A stretch of 64,000 nucleotides of DNA, taken from NCBI GenBank assembly GCA_965206955.1, contig OZ242252.1, positions 2,179,771 through 2,243,770 of the forward strand. The letters are read 5' to 3'. Positions within the stretch are counted from its first letter, which is position 1, and each line of letters begins with the position of its first letter. This document shows, piece after piece, positions 45,275 to 55,631 of this stretch. This DNA is from Candidatus Foliamicus sp. (GTDB taxonomy: Bacteria > Pseudomonadota > Gammaproteobacteria > Steroidobacterales > Foliamicaceae). The notes below the pieces were generated by a model. It made no database searches. It was not told the DNA's origin and saw only the letters and a list, made by a program, of their open reading frames with translations. Position numbers and translations under genes: made by a program.

Positions 45275-45583
45275 ATGGTGACCAGAGCACCGATCAATAC
45301 ACAGGTGGCCGAGGGCCTGAGGCGCTTGGAGCGCCTGGAGCAGCACATTGAGACGAATATGGCCACCAAGGCCGATCTCGCGGCCGTAGCCGCCAATCTG
45401 GAGCGCCTGGAGCGGCACGTTGAGGCGAACATGGCCACCAAGGCTGACCTCGCAACGTTGCGCACCGAGACTAAGGCCGGCCTGACGGCCCTGCGCGCTG
45501 ACTTGTATCGCGCGCTATGGCTTCAAGGCGGGGCGCTCGCGGGGCTGATACTGGTGCTCGCGGGATACGCTCTGACCTCGTAA
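45275..45583 (+). CDS. small coiled-coil membrane protein (DUF1640-like)
   Basis: Internal repeat LERLE(Q/R)H(I/V)E(T/A)NMATKADLA x2 and a C-terminal TM GGALAGLILVLAGYAL. Confidence 0.6.
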   Translation: MVTRAPINTQVAEGLRRLERLEQHIETNMATKADLAAVAANLERLERHVEANMATKADLATLRTETKAGLTALRADLYRALWLQGGALAGLILVLAGYALTS

Positions 45584-45668
45584 CGCCGCGCAAAAAAGGG
45601 GCGAGGAAAGGCCAAGCCGCGTTGTCCTGATTGATGGGGAATGCCGCTTGTTCTGACCCGTGAAGTGG

Positions 45669-45725
45669 TAGAATTACAACTGTCTTAATTGTGTTGCGCC
45701 GCCTTTCCCGCGGCGCGTTTTTTGC
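45669..45725 (+). promoter_or_regulatory. gyrA promoter (-10 TAGAAT) and leader hairpin+U6, copy B
   Basis: Same layout as copy A. Stem gcgccgc(45696-702)/gcggcgc(45710-16) with a different loop (ctttccc vs ctctgtc), then T6, then GC-ATG. Confidence 0.5.
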
Positions 45726-48311
45726 ATGCCCGGCCCAGCCCCCGAAATCGTCCCGGTAAAGCTCGAAGAAGAGATGCGCCGGTCCTATTTGGACTACGCG
45801 ATGTCTGTCATCGTGGGGCGTGCTTTACCTGACGTTCGCGACGGTCTAAAACCGGTTCATCGGCGCATCCTGCATGCCATGCGCGAACTCGGAAATCTGC
45901 ACGATCGGCCGTACAAGAAATCGGCCCGGATTGTCGGTGACGTCATAGGCCGCTACCACCCGCATGGCGATACGGCCGTGTACGACGCAATCGTGCGCAT
46001 GGCGCAGGATTTCTCGCTGCGTTATCCGCTGGTGGACGGACAGGGCAACTTTGGTTCGGTGGACGGGGACTCGCCGGCCGCGATGCGCTACACGGAAATC
46101 CGCATGGCGCCGATCGCCACCCTGATGCTGGCGGATATCGACCGTGACACGGTCGATTTCGTTGAAAACTACGATGGCGCGGAGAGCGAGCCCACCGTGT
46201 TGCCCGCCCGTCTCCCCAACCTGCTGGTCAACGGGGCGTCCGGCATTGCCGTGGGGATGGCAACCAATATTCCGCCACACAATCTGCGTGAAGTGATCGA
46301 TGCGGCGCTGGCTTTGAGCAACGACCCGGAAATCGGAATCACGGAGTTAATGGGATATGTGCCTGCGCCGGACTTTCCGACCGCGGCAATGATCGTGGGC
46401 GAGTCCGGCATGACCGAGGCCTACAACACCGGGCGCGGAAGCATTCTGATGCGCGCGCGCGCGGAGGTGGAAGAGGGGCCGGCGCGTAACTCGATCGTGA
46501 TCACCGAACTCCCCTACCGGGTCAACAAGGCCCGCTGCGTAGAGAAGATAGCGGTTCTGGCGCGCAAGAAGCAGATTCCGGGCATTCACGAGGTTCGCGA
46601 CGAATCCGACAAAGACGGAATGCGCATGGTGGTGGAGCTGCGGCGCGACGCCGTCCCGGACATTGTTCTAAACAACCTGTACCGGCGCACGCCGCTGGAG
46701 TCCACTTTCGGGATCAACATGGTGGCGCTGTGCGGAGGACGGCCGCAACTGCTGAATCTCAAGGAAATGCTTGAGCATTTCCTTGCTCACCGCCGCGACG
46801 TGGTTACTCGTCGCAGCGTCCACGATCTTCGCCGGGCCAAGGCGCGCGCGCACGTCCTGGAGGGACTGACCGTGGCGCTGGCCAATATCGATGAGGTCGT
46901 GTCCCTGATCAAGGCTTCGCAAAACGCCCAGGAAGCCCGCGAAGCTCTTACCGCACGAATCTGGGCGCCGGGCGCGGTGCGCGGCATGCTGGAACGGGCC
47001 GAGGCCGGCCCGCTGGAACTGCCCAACCTGAGCGACCGGGGGTATCGCCTTACGGAAGTTCAGGCACGAGCGATCCTGGAACTGCGTCTGCAGCGCCTGA
47101 CCGGTCTGGAGCAGGACGCCATCCTCAAGGAATACGCCGGCCTGCTGAGGACAATGCAGGAACTGACCGAAATCCTGCGTGATCCCGACCGCCTGCTGGC
47201 GGTGGTTCGCGATGAACTTGTGGAGCTGCGCGACGAGTATGGCGACGAGCGGCGGACCGAAATCATTGCCGATTACAGCCGCACCGCCGACGAGGACCTG
47301 ATCCCGCGCCGCGAGCTACTGATTACGCTTTCCTGGCGGGGCTACGTCAAGACGCAGGAGCTGGAGACTTTCCGCACCCAGGGACGCGGAGGCCGAGGTA
47401 AGCGTGGCGCGTCGGTGGGTCAGGAGGATTTCATCGATCAACTCTTCGTCGCGCAGTCTCACTCCACGCTGCTGTGCTTTACCGATCGCGCCCGCGTATT
47501 TCAGATCAGGCCGTTTGAGATTCCAACCCAAAGCCGTGAAACCCGGGGGTTGCCGATTGCCAACCTGCTGCCGGGGCTGGAAGAGGGTGAGCGGGTCAAT
47601 TCCGTCTTGCCGGTGGAATCCTTTGACGATAGCCGGTTCGTGTTCATGGCCACGCGCCGTGGCCGGGTCAAGAAGACCCGTCTGGACGCCTTTGCCAGGA
47701 TTCGCCGGACTGGAATCTACGCATTGAGCCTGAAAGGCGACGACCGGTTGGTGGAAGCGGCGATTACCGATGGTGATAGCGACGTCATCCTGTTGGCCAG
47801 CAATGGCCGCGCCGCCCGCTTTTCGGAGACGGCCGTGCGACCCATGGGGCGAACCGCAAGGGGCGTGATCGGCCAGCGCCTGAAGAAGAAACTATGGGTA
47901 GTGGCGGCATTGATCGTCAGTGCCCAGGACGCCGAGCGCGAAGACGTTTGGGTGCTGCAGGCCACCACCGAGGGATTCGGCAAACGGACCGTTGTGAGCG
48001 AATTTCCGCGCAAGGGCAGGGGGGCGCAGGGAGTGATTTCCATCCGCACGGAGGGCCGTAACGGCCAATTGATCGGCGCCGCACTGGTCCGGTCGGGCCA
48101 TGAGGCAATGCTCATGACGGCAGGCGGCACGTTGCTGCGCACGGCTGTTGACGACGTGTCGGTGCAGGGCCGGTATTCGCATGGGGTACGCCTGATGCGA
48201 CCGGACAAAGGCGACCAGGTCGCGGTGTCATGCACACTGGCAGTGGATCAGGGGGAAGATGAAGCCGACGGCTCAAGCCCGGGTCGAGTGGTCGGCGAAA
48301 ATGTCGATTGA
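45726..48311 (+). CDS. gyrA: DNA gyrase subunit A
   Basis: Full-length 861 aa. [21 protein letters not shown], catalytic AAMRYTEIR and C-terminal beta-pinwheel repeats. Confidence 0.98.
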   Translation: MPGPAPEIVPVKLEEEMRRSYLDYAMSVIVGRALPDVRDGLKPVHRRILHAMRELGNLHDRPYKKSARIVGDVIGRYHPHGDTAVYDAIVRMAQDFSLRYPLVDGQGNFGSVDGDSPAAMRYTEIRMAPIATLMLADIDRDTVDFVENYDGAESEPTVLPARLPNLLVNGASGIAVGMATNIPPHNLREVIDAALALSNDPEIGITELMGYVPAPDFPTAAMIVGESGMTEAYNTGRGSILMRARAEVEEGPARNSIVITELPYRVNKARCVEKIAVLARKKQIPGIHEVRDESDKDGMRMVVELRRDAVPDIVLNNLYRRTPLESTFGINMVALCGGRPQLLNLKEMLEHFLAHRRDVVTRRSVHDLRRAKARAHVLEGLTVALANIDEVVSLIKASQNAQEAREALTARIWAPGAVRGMLERAEAGPLELPNLSDRGYRLTEVQARAILELRLQRLTGLEQDAILKEYAGLLRTMQELTEILRDPDRLLAVVRDELVELRDEYGDERRTEIIADYSRTADEDLIPRRELLITLSWRGYVKTQELETFRTQGRGGRGKRGASVGQEDFIDQLFVAQSHSTLLCFTDRARVFQIRPFEIPTQSRETRGLPIANLLPGLEEGERVNSVLPVESFDDSRFVFMATRRGRVKKTRLDAFARIRRTGIYALSLKGDDRLVEAAITDGDSDVILLASNGRAARFSETAVRPMGRTARGVIGQRLKKKLWVVAALIVSAQDAEREDVWVLQATTEGFGKRTVVSEFPRKGRGAQGVISIRTEGRNGQLIGAALVRSGHEAMLMTAGGTLLRTAVDDVSVQGRYSHGVRLMRPDKGDQVAVSCTLAVDQGEDEADGSSPGRVVGENVD

Positions 48312-48490
48312 ACGCCCCTGGGAGGTAGGGCGTCCTCCTGGGAACGAGGGCGTCCTCCTGGGAACGAGGGCTTCCTCCTGGGAACGAGGGCTTCCTCCTG
48401 GGAACGAGGGCTTCCAGCCCTCGACGAGGGCAGGATGCCCTCGTTCCCGGCGCGAGGGCAGGATCCCCTCTTTCCCAGGGGTGAGGGCGA
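48312..48490. repeat. REP cluster with 4 x 20-bp half-units
   Basis: CCTGGGAACGAGGGC(G/T)TCCT is repeated, then GAGGGCTTCCAGCCCTCGACGAGGGCAGGATGCCCTCGTTCCC. Confidence 0.9.
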
Positions 48491-48517
48491 GACGCCCTTT
48501 TCCCAACGGGAATGAGA

Positions 48518-49597
48518 ATGTCCAGAATCCATAACTTCAGTGCCGGGCCGGCAGGCCTGCCGCTTCCCGTTCTCGAACAAGCCCGCGACGAGCTGCTCAA
48601 CTGGCAGGGGCGCGGACTGTCGGTGATGGAGGACAGCCACCGGGGGCGGCCGTTCGTTGAACTGGCCGAGCAATCCGAGCGGGACTTGCGCGCTCTTCTT
48701 TCTGTACCCGACGAATATGCGGTTCTGTTCATGCAGGGCGGCGCCACCCTGCAATTCGCTTCGATTCCCATGACATTGGCTCGGGAAGGTCAGGGCGTCG
48801 ACTACCTCATCACCGGGCACTGGGGCCGTAAGGCGGCCTCGGAAGCAGCCAAGCTGCGTCCCATGCGGGTGGTTGCCGATGGCGAGGCCCTCGGTTACCA
48901 ATCGGTCCCGGCGCAGGAAGAATGGGCGCCTGGAAATGACGCGGCGTATCTGCACTACACCGCAAATGAAACCCTGCATGGCCTGGAGATTGACCCGCCG
49001 CCCGAGGTGGACTACGCGCCCCTGGTGTGTGATATGTCGTCCACGCTTCTGTCGCGGCCGATTTCTGTGGAACGATTCGGGCTGATTTACGCCTGTGCCC
49101 AGAAGAACCTTGGTCCCGCCGGAGTCACCGTGGTCATCATGCGGCCGGATTTGATGGAGCGAGTGCCGGCGGACACGCCATTGGCTTTCAATTACCGGAA
49201 AATCGAGGCCGCCGGGTCGATGCTTAACACACCGGCGACTTTTTCCTGGTATGTGGCCTCACTGGTGTTCCGCTGGGTGATCCGCCAGGGTGGTTTGGCC
49301 GGTATGGCGGAGCGCAACCGGCGCAAGGCCAAACTCTTGTATGACTACATCGACGGTTCGGTTTTCTACGCTAATCCGGTGAACCCGAGGTGGCGCTCCT
49401 GGATGAACGTGCCGTTTGCTCTCGGTGATTCCGCCCTGGATGGACAATTCCTCAAGACCTCCGAGGAACAGGGTCTTTACGGGTTGAAGGGGCATCGCGC
49501 CGTTGGGGGAATGCGCGCCTCGATTTACAACGCGATGCCGGAGGAAGGGGTGCAGGCGCTGGTCAGCTTCATGGAGGAATTCGAGCGCAGGGCTTGA
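48518..49597 (+). CDS. serC: phosphoserine aminotransferase
   Basis: MSRIHNFSAGPAGLPLPVLEQA... typical SerC N-terminus. The gyrA-serC synteny supports the call. Confidence 0.95.
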   Translation: MSRIHNFSAGPAGLPLPVLEQARDELLNWQGRGLSVMEDSHRGRPFVELAEQSERDLRALLSVPDEYAVLFMQGGATLQFASIPMTLAREGQGVDYLITGHWGRKAASEAAKLRPMRVVADGEALGYQSVPAQEEWAPGNDAAYLHYTANETLHGLEIDPPPEVDYAPLVCDMSSTLLSRPISVERFGLIYACAQKNLGPAGVTVVIMRPDLMERVPADTPLAFNYRKIEAAGSMLNTPATFSWYVASLVFRWVIRQGGLAGMAERNRRKAKLLYDYIDGSVFYANPVNPRWRSWMNVPFALGDSALDGQFLKTSEEQGLYGLKGHRAVGGMRASIYNAMPEEGVQALVSFMEEFERRA

Positions 49598-49688
49598 AGG
49601 ATTGACTTGGCACGCGCGACGAAGGCAGGATGCGCTCGCTGGGAACGAGGGCGTCTCGCTCCCCGATCAGCGTCGGGGACAGGCTCTC

Positions 49689-49970
49689 GACGAGGGCTGG
49701 AAGCCCTCGGTCCCAGGGATGCGCTCGCTCCAAGGGCAACGCCATCGCTGGCGGAAAGGCTTTCTGCTCTTGACGAGGGCTGGAAGCCCTCGGTCCCAGG
49801 GATGCGCTCGCTCCAAGGGCAACGCCATCGCTGGCGGGAAGGCTTTCTGCTCTCGACGAGGGCTGGAAGCCCTCGGTCCCAGGGATGCGCTCGCTCCAAG
49901 GGCAACGCCATCGCTGGCGGGAAGGCTTTCTGCTCTTGACGAGGGCAGGATGCCCTCGGTCCCAGGATCC
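49689..49970. repeat. 83-bp tandem repeat (3 full units plus a partial) built around REP hairpins
   Basis: Units start at 49689, 49772, 49855 and 49938: GACGAGGGCTGGAAGCCCTCGGTCCCAGGGATGCGCTCGCTCCAAGGGCAACGCCATCGCTGGCGG.AAGGCTTTCTGCTCT. Confidence 0.9.
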
Positions 49971-49990
49971 TGCTAGAGCCGGTACAGAAC

Positions 49991-51166
49991 ATGTTCAATA
50001 TACGCATATACAACAACCTCGCCAACGAAGGGCTGGCCCGACTCCCGTCCGATCGCTACGTGGCGCCCTCCGACCACGATGCCCCGGACGGGATACTGTT
50101 GCGCTCGCAGAATCTCCACACGGTAGAGATCCCCGATAGCGTGCAGGTCGTGGCGCGAGCCGGCGCGGGCGTTAACAACATCCCGGTCGATGCCCTGGCG
50201 GAGCGCGGCGTGCCAGTGCTGAATGCGCCGGGGGCCAACGCAAATGCGGTCAAGGAAGTGGTTGTGGCCGGCATGCTGTTGGCGGCTCGAAACCTGTTGC
50301 CGGCATGGGACCACCTGCGCGGATTGGATTTGCCTGCCGATGAACTGCACAAGGCGGTCGAAGTGCACAAGAAGCAATTCGCCGGCCGAGAGCTGGACGG
50401 AAGGGTGATGGGCGTGGTTGGACTGGGAGCAGTCGGTGTAAAGGTGGCCAACATGGCCGTGGCGCTGGGGATGCGGGTATTCGGCTTTGATCCGGGGCTG
50501 GCCCTGGATCGGGCCTGGGAGTTGTCGGCGCAGGTCGGCAAGGGACGCAGCCTTGAGCACGTTTTTGCCGGCGCCGATTTCGTCAGCATTCACGTGCCGC
50601 TGATCGACGCGACCCGTGATCTGGTGGACGGCAAGCTGATCCGCAGTATGTGCAAAGGCGCTGTGCTGCTGAATTTTGCCCGTGGCGGCATTGTGAATAC
50701 CGAAGCGGTAGTTGAGGCTCTGGATTCCGGCTGGTTGTCGGCCTACGTGTGCGATTTTCCGGAGCCCGAATTGCTTCGTCACCCCAAGGCGATTCTGCTC
50801 CCGCATCTGGGTGCTTCCACTTCCGAGGCTCAGGTCAACTGTGCGGTGGTCGCCGCCGAGAACCTGCGTGCCTACCTGGAGGACGGCAACGTGCGCGGAT
50901 CAGTGAATTTCCCCGTGATCGATCTGCCCAGGCGCGACGGCTACCGGCTGACGATCGCCAACGCCAACGTTCCCCGGATCATAGCCAATATTTCGGCCCT
51001 GCTTGCGGAAGAGAACCTCAATATCGAGTACATGATGAACATGTCCCGCGGTGAGCTGGCCTACACCATGCTGGATCTCAACGATCAGGCCCCGGCTGCG
51101 GCCCTGCAACGTCTTCGTGCGATGGAAGGCATCCTGCGGGTTCGGGACCTGGGGCGGGCTACCTAG
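49991..51166 (+). CDS. serA: D-3-phosphoglycerate dehydrogenase-type 2-hydroxyacid dehydrogenase with C-terminal ACT domain
   Basis: NAD motif GVVGLGAVGVKVA and catalytic region HLGAST. ~390 aa, adjacent to serC. Confidence 0.8.
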   Translation: MFNIRIYNNLANEGLARLPSDRYVAPSDHDAPDGILLRSQNLHTVEIPDSVQVVARAGAGVNNIPVDALAERGVPVLNAPGANANAVKEVVVAGMLLAARNLLPAWDHLRGLDLPADELHKAVEVHKKQFAGRELDGRVMGVVGLGAVGVKVANMAVALGMRVFGFDPGLALDRAWELSAQVGKGRSLEHVFAGADFVSIHVPLIDATRDLVDGKLIRSMCKGAVLLNFARGGIVNTEAVVEALDSGWLSAYVCDFPEPELLRHPKAILLPHLGASTSEAQVNCAVVAAENLRAYLEDGNVRGSVNFPVIDLPRRDGYRLTIANANVPRIIANISALLAEENLNIEYMMNMSRGELAYTMLDLNDQAPAAALQRLRAMEGILRVRDLGRAT

Positions 51167-51186
51167 TTCTCTATGGGAAGGCGCTT

Positions 51187-52491
51187 CTGAAATCCTGGCG
51201 CGTCAGTCGCTCAGGCAAGCCGCCGGCGTCTGAGCCTTTCCGGGTTCCGGGGGACAAGTCGATTTCCCACCGGGCCGTCATGCTGGCGGCGCTGGCGGAA
51301 GGAGAGAGCGAGATCGTAAATTTCCTGCCCGGGAGCGATTGCCTGGCCACGGCAGGAGCATTGGAGAGCCTTGGTGTCCCGATTTCCTGGCTGGCGCGGG
51401 ATCGATTGCTGGTGCGTGGAGGAGCGCAGCTTCGCTCGCCCGCTGGAGCATTGGATTGCGGCAACTCGGGAACGGGGATGCGCCTGCTGGCCGGCCTGTT
51501 GGCGGGCCAGGGAATAGAGGCGGAATTGCATGGCGACGCATCATTGAGCCGCCGGCCGATGCGCCGCGTGATCGAGCCTCTCGCAAGGATGGGAGCCAAT
51601 ATCGAGGCTTTGGGGCAGGGCGAGCGGCCACCGCTGCGAATCGGTGCACATTCCGGCCTGAAGGGTATTTCCTGGAATCCGCCCGTGCCCAGCGCACAGG
51701 TGAAGTCCGCTGTTCTATTGGCCGGCCTGAACGCCAAGGGCGAGACCTGTGTGCAGGAATCCACGCCGACCCGCGATCACACGGAAAGGATGTTGCCGAG
51801 TTTCGGGGCCTACATCGAGCGTACCAATGGCCGCGCCTGCCTGACCGGGCAGCATCCCTTGCGGGCCGCGCGGATCAACGTTCCGGGTGACTTTTCTTCG
51901 GCGGCCTTCCTGTTGCTGGCGGGAGTGATTGGTCCTCACAAGGTCCACGTGGGTTCGGTGGGCGTGAATACCGGACGCACAGGATTTCTGCGACTCCTGG
52001 GCCATATGGGCGCCCGCTTCGAGCTTGCGGCCCGGCGGACGGAAGGCGCCGAGCCGGTGGCCGATCTTGCCGCGGTCCCCACTGTTTTGCAGGGAGTGCC
52101 GCTGGCAGCGGACCTGGTCCCGTCAGCCATCGACGAGATGCCGGCGCTTTTCGCCGCCGCGGCCTGCGCGATGGGAGAGACGGAGATTGAGGGGGCTGCC
52201 GAGCTGCGAGTGAAAGAAAGTGACCGGATCACGGCCATGGTTACCGGGCTGAAGTCACTTGGGGTGGAGTGCGAAGAGACTCCCCACGGAGCGCGCATCC
52301 GTGGAGGCTCCGTAGGTGGCGGAGAGGTGGATAGTTATGGGGATCATCGCGTGGCGATGGCATTCTCCATCCTTGCCCTGGTGTCGGAGGGACCAATCGT
52401 GGTTCGCGGAGTGGATGCAGTGGATACCTCCTTTCCCGGGTTTGCCGACACGGCCGCGCAACTGGGTTTGAGTCTTGAGCCGGTTTCCTAG
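51187..52491 (+). CDS. aroA: 3-phosphoshikimate 1-carboxyvinyltransferase (EPSP synthase); start codon uncertain
   Basis: The conserved N-terminal motif RVPGDKSISHRAVMLAALAEG lies upstream of the first canonical start (ATG 51280). The frame is open from 51055 with no ATG/GTG/TTG. CTG at 51187 follows GGGAAGG. Confidence 0.85.
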   Translation: MKSWRVSRSGKPPASEPFRVPGDKSISHRAVMLAALAEGESEIVNFLPGSDCLATAGALESLGVPISWLARDRLLVRGGAQLRSPAGALDCGNSGTGMRLLAGLLAGQGIEAELHGDASLSRRPMRRVIEPLARMGANIEALGQGERPPLRIGAHSGLKGISWNPPVPSAQVKSAVLLAGLNAKGETCVQESTPTRDHTERMLPSFGAYIERTNGRACLTGQHPLRAARINVPGDFSSAAFLLLAGVIGPHKVHVGSVGVNTGRTGFLRLLGHMGARFELAARRTEGAEPVADLAAVPTVLQGVPLAADLVPSAIDEMPALFAAAACAMGETEIEGAAELRVKESDRITAMVTGLKSLGVECEETPHGARIRGGSVGGGEVDSYGDHRVAMAFSILALVSEGPIVVRGVDAVDTSFPGFADTAAQLGLSLEPVS

Positions 52492-52588
52492 CTGGGGGCG
52501 AGGGCGTCTCGCTAGCTGGGAACGAGGGCTTCCAGCCCTCGTCGAGGGCTGGAAGCCCTCGTTCGCAGGGTGGGATGCCCTCGTTCTG
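52491..52588. repeat. REP cluster
   Basis: CTGGGAACGAGGGCTTCCAGCCCTCGTCGAGGGCTGGAAGCCCTCGTTCGCAGG. Confidence 0.9.
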
Positions 52589-52590
52589 CG

Positions 52591-53280
52591 ATGACTGATG
52601 TGCCGGTGATTGCGATAGACGGCCCCGCCGGGGCCGGCAAGGGCGTGGTGGCTCGCTATTTGGCCGAGCGGCTGGATTGGGGCCGCCTTGACAGCGGAGC
52701 GCTGTATCGGGCGTGCACTCTGGCACTGCTCGGAGTGGGGCTGGATCAGGCGGATGAAGAGCACATCGCGGAATATCTGGCCGATTGCCGCCTTGGATTC
52801 GAGGCGAAGTCGGATGGCGATATCGTTTACCTGAACGGTGAGGATGTGAGCACCGCGATCCGCAGCGAGGAAGTGGGCGTGGCGGCTTCACGCATAGCCC
52901 CACTTCCCGTAGTTCGGCAATTCCTGCTGCCGTGGCAGCGTTCTTTTCGGCGTGAGCCGGGTCTGGTTGCGGAAGGGCGGGACATGGCTTCGGTGGTTTT
53001 CCCTGATGCGCTGCTGCAAATTTACCTGACCGCCAGCCCGGAAAAACGCGCCAGGCGTCGCCATAAACAATTGAAGCAAAAGGGAATAGATGCTAATATT
53101 CGCGACCTGATCCGCGATCTGACGGAGCGTGATCGCCGTGACTCGGTTCGCACGCTGGCGCCGCTTAGAGTGGTTCGTCATGCGGTGGTGCTGGACACCA
53201 CGGCGATGGATGTCCGGCAAAGCAAACTTGCGGCCTGGCGCCTTGTGACGGACGTATGGCCGGTAAAGGCGGCCAGGTAG
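52591..53280 (+). CDS. cmk: cytidylate kinase
   Basis: MTDVPVIAIDGPAGAGKG P-loop. aroA-cmk-rpsA synteny supports the call. Confidence 0.95.
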   Translation: MTDVPVIAIDGPAGAGKGVVARYLAERLDWGRLDSGALYRACTLALLGVGLDQADEEHIAEYLADCRLGFEAKSDGDIVYLNGEDVSTAIRSEEVGVAASRIAPLPVVRQFLLPWQRSFRREPGLVAEGRDMASVVFPDALLQIYLTASPEKRARRRHKQLKQKGIDANIRDLIRDLTERDRRDSVRTLAPLRVVRHAVVLDTTAMDVRQSKLAAWRLVTDVWPVKAAR

Positions 53281-53375
53281 CGGATCAGTATTGGCGCCGG
53301 CCAGGATGGCGGGCGCGTGAAGTAGCAACCGCGAGCGTTGCTGGATTGCACGCACGCATTACATTGGGGCCCTGA

Positions 53376-55070
53376 ATGGCAGAAAGTTTTGCAGAGTTGG
53401 TTGAGGCCAATCTCGCTGACAAGAATTTCCGGCCGGGAGAAATTCTCTCGGCGCAAGTGATCGACATATCGCCGGAGATCGTTACCGTAAGCGCCGGATT
53501 GAAGTCCGAGGCGCTGATCCCCGCCAGTCAATTCATGGATGAAACCGGCGAATTGGAAGTGGACATTGGAGATGAAGTTGAAGTAGCCCTGGATTCCATG
53601 GAGGACGGATTCGGCGAGACCCGCCTTTCCAGGGAGCGGGCCAAGCGCACTCGCGTTTGGGAGCGGCTGGAATCCGCATTCGAACAGGAAGAGATCGTCC
53701 AGGGCGCCATCAGCGGACGCGTCAAGGGCGGTTTCACCGTCGACTTGTCCAACGTGCGGGCCTTCCTGCCGGGATCGCTGGTGGATATGCACCCGATCCG
53801 GGACACGACCTACCTGGAAGGGCGCAAGCTCGAATTCAAGGTTATCAAGCTCGACCGCCGTCGCAACAACGTTGTTGTGTCCAGGCGGGCGGTGATAGAG
53901 GAACTGCACAGCGCCGAGCGCGCTGCATTGCTGGACAGCCTTGAAGAAGGACAGGTAGTCAAGGGCGTGGTCAAGAACCTTACCGAGTACGGCGCGTTTG
54001 TCGATCTCGGCGGGATTGACGGACTGCTGCATGTGACCGACATGGCCTGGCGGCGCGTGAAGCATCCGTCTGAGGTGGTCGAGGTCGGGGAGGAACTCCA
54101 GGTGAAGATCCTCCGGTTCGACAGTGAACGCAATCGTGTTTCTCTCGGACTCAAGCAACTGGGCGACGATCCCTGGGTGGACATCGGGCGGCGCTATCCG
54201 CCGCACACGAGGCTGTTCGGCAAAGTCACCAATGTGGCCGACTACGGTTGCTTTGTGCAGATCGAGGAAGGCGTGGAAGGCCTGGTGCACGTGTCGGAAA
54301 TGGACTGGACCAGCAAGAACGTGAACCCCGGCAAGATTGTTCACGTTGGCCAGGAAGTCGAGGTCATGGTCCTGGACATCAACGAGGAACGGCGCCGGGT
54401 TTCGTTGGGCCTGAAACAGTGCCTGGAGAATCCGTGGCAGGATTTCGCCAACAAGTTCAAGAAGGACGACCGGGTTAGCGGTAAGGTCCGTTCGATGACC
54501 GACTTCGGGATATTCATCGGCCTGGAAGGCAGTATTGACGGCCTGGTTCATCTTTCGGATCTTTCCTGGGACCTGCCCGGCGAGGAAGCCGTGCGGAATT
54601 ACCGCAAGGGCCAGGAGGTCGAGGCCATCGTGCTTTCGGTGGACGCTGACCGGGAACGCATATCGCTGGGTATCCGGCAGTTGCAGGGGGACCCGCTGGC
54701 CGAGTTCCTCAAGGATCATCCCAAGGGCAGCGTAGCTACCGCGGTCGTGACTTCGGTCGATCAGCGCATGATTGAACTGGAGCTGGGCGAAGGCGTCACG
54801 GGGCGTATGCGTGCTGCGGAACTTTCGCGCGAGCATGTGGACGATGCCCGCATGCACGTGAGGGTAGGTCAGTCTATCGAGGCGCGGATCGTGGGCATAG
54901 ACAGAAAGACCAGAGTCGTCTCTCTGTCGGTGCGTGCGATGGAGGAGCAGGCGGAAGCCCAGGCCTTGCGTGACTACGAGGCGGAAGTGGGTGACCAGAT
55001 CAAGGGTGCAACCCTGGGCGAACTTCTGCGCAGCCAGCAACAGCAGGGAAGCGAAGACGCGGAGGAATAA
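53376..55070 (+). CDS. rpsA: 30S ribosomal protein S1
   Basis: [13 protein letters not shown]... with six S1 domains. 564 aa. Confidence 0.98.
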   Translation: MAESFAELVEANLADKNFRPGEILSAQVIDISPEIVTVSAGLKSEALIPASQFMDETGELEVDIGDEVEVALDSMEDGFGETRLSRERAKRTRVWERLESAFEQEEIVQGAISGRVKGGFTVDLSNVRAFLPGSLVDMHPIRDTTYLEGRKLEFKVIKLDRRRNNVVVSRRAVIEELHSAERAALLDSLEEGQVVKGVVKNLTEYGAFVDLGGIDGLLHVTDMAWRRVKHPSEVVEVGEELQVKILRFDSERNRVSLGLKQLGDDPWVDIGRRYPPHTRLFGKVTNVADYGCFVQIEEGVEGLVHVSEMDWTSKNVNPGKIVHVGQEVEVMVLDINEERRRVSLGLKQCLENPWQDFANKFKKDDRVSGKVRSMTDFGIFIGLEGSIDGLVHLSDLSWDLPGEEAVRNYRKGQEVEAIVLSVDADRERISLGIRQLQGDPLAEFLKDHPKGSVATAVVTSVDQRMIELELGEGVTGRMRAAELSREHVDDARMHVRVGQSIEARIVGIDRKTRVVSLSVRAMEEQAEAQALRDYEAEVGDQIKGATLGELLRSQQQQGSEDAEE

Positions 55071-55162
55071 ATGGAGACAGCGGAAGCCAGGATCGAAGCA
55101 GTCACTCGCCGGGCAGTTTCAAAGGCGAGTATTCACGGCGGCCGCGCTGCGTTGGCGCGTAA

Positions 55163-55218
55163 GGAACACGCCGGGAGCGAGGGCGTCCCGCCCTCGTCGA
55201 GGGCAAGATGCCCTCGCC
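55163..55218. repeat. REP pair
   Basis: GAGCGAGGGCGTCCCGCCCTCGTCGAGGGCAAGATGCCCTCGCCCC. Confidence 0.9.
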
Positions 55219-55243
55219 CCAAATTGTTCCATGTGGCGGCCTC

Positions 55244-55594
55244 ATGAGATCGCCGGCGTCAGGCAATGCCATCACGCGTTCCGAGCTGGTTCGGATCGTT
55301 ACCCGCAAACTGTTGGAGGATGACCGCTTCACCTATTTCTCCTCGTCCGATCTTGAAGCATCGGTCAAACACGTGATCGACCTGATGGGGCAAACGCTTG
55401 CCACCGGCGGCGGTATTGAGATTCGGGGATTCGGCAGTTTCGGTCTCAGTTACCGTCGGGCGCGCATAGGGCGCAATCCCCGCACCGGGCAGGCGGTTGC
55501 GCTTCCCAGCAAGTACGTCCCCAAGTTTCGGCCCGGAAAGCGTCTTCGCGAGCGGGTCAATGCCGCGGCGAAAGCCGGCGCTGCCAAGAAATAG
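55244..55594 (+). CDS. ihfB: integration host factor subunit beta
   Basis: TRSELVRIV...[46 protein letters not shown]. Start at 55244; the ORF-track start at 55208 lies in a REP. Confidence 0.9.
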   Translation: MRSPASGNAITRSELVRIVTRKLLEDDRFTYFSSSDLEASVKHVIDLMGQTLATGGGIEIRGFGSFGLSYRRARIGRNPRTGQAVALPSKYVPKFRPGKRLRERVNAAAKAGAAKK

Positions 55595-55631
55595 CGCCAG
55601 CCGGGCCGAACAGAGTCGGGCCTGAACTCTC

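Noticed and set aside
53178-55040. 620-aa minus-strand ORF
   Set aside because: Antisense to rpsA (ribosomal protein S1).
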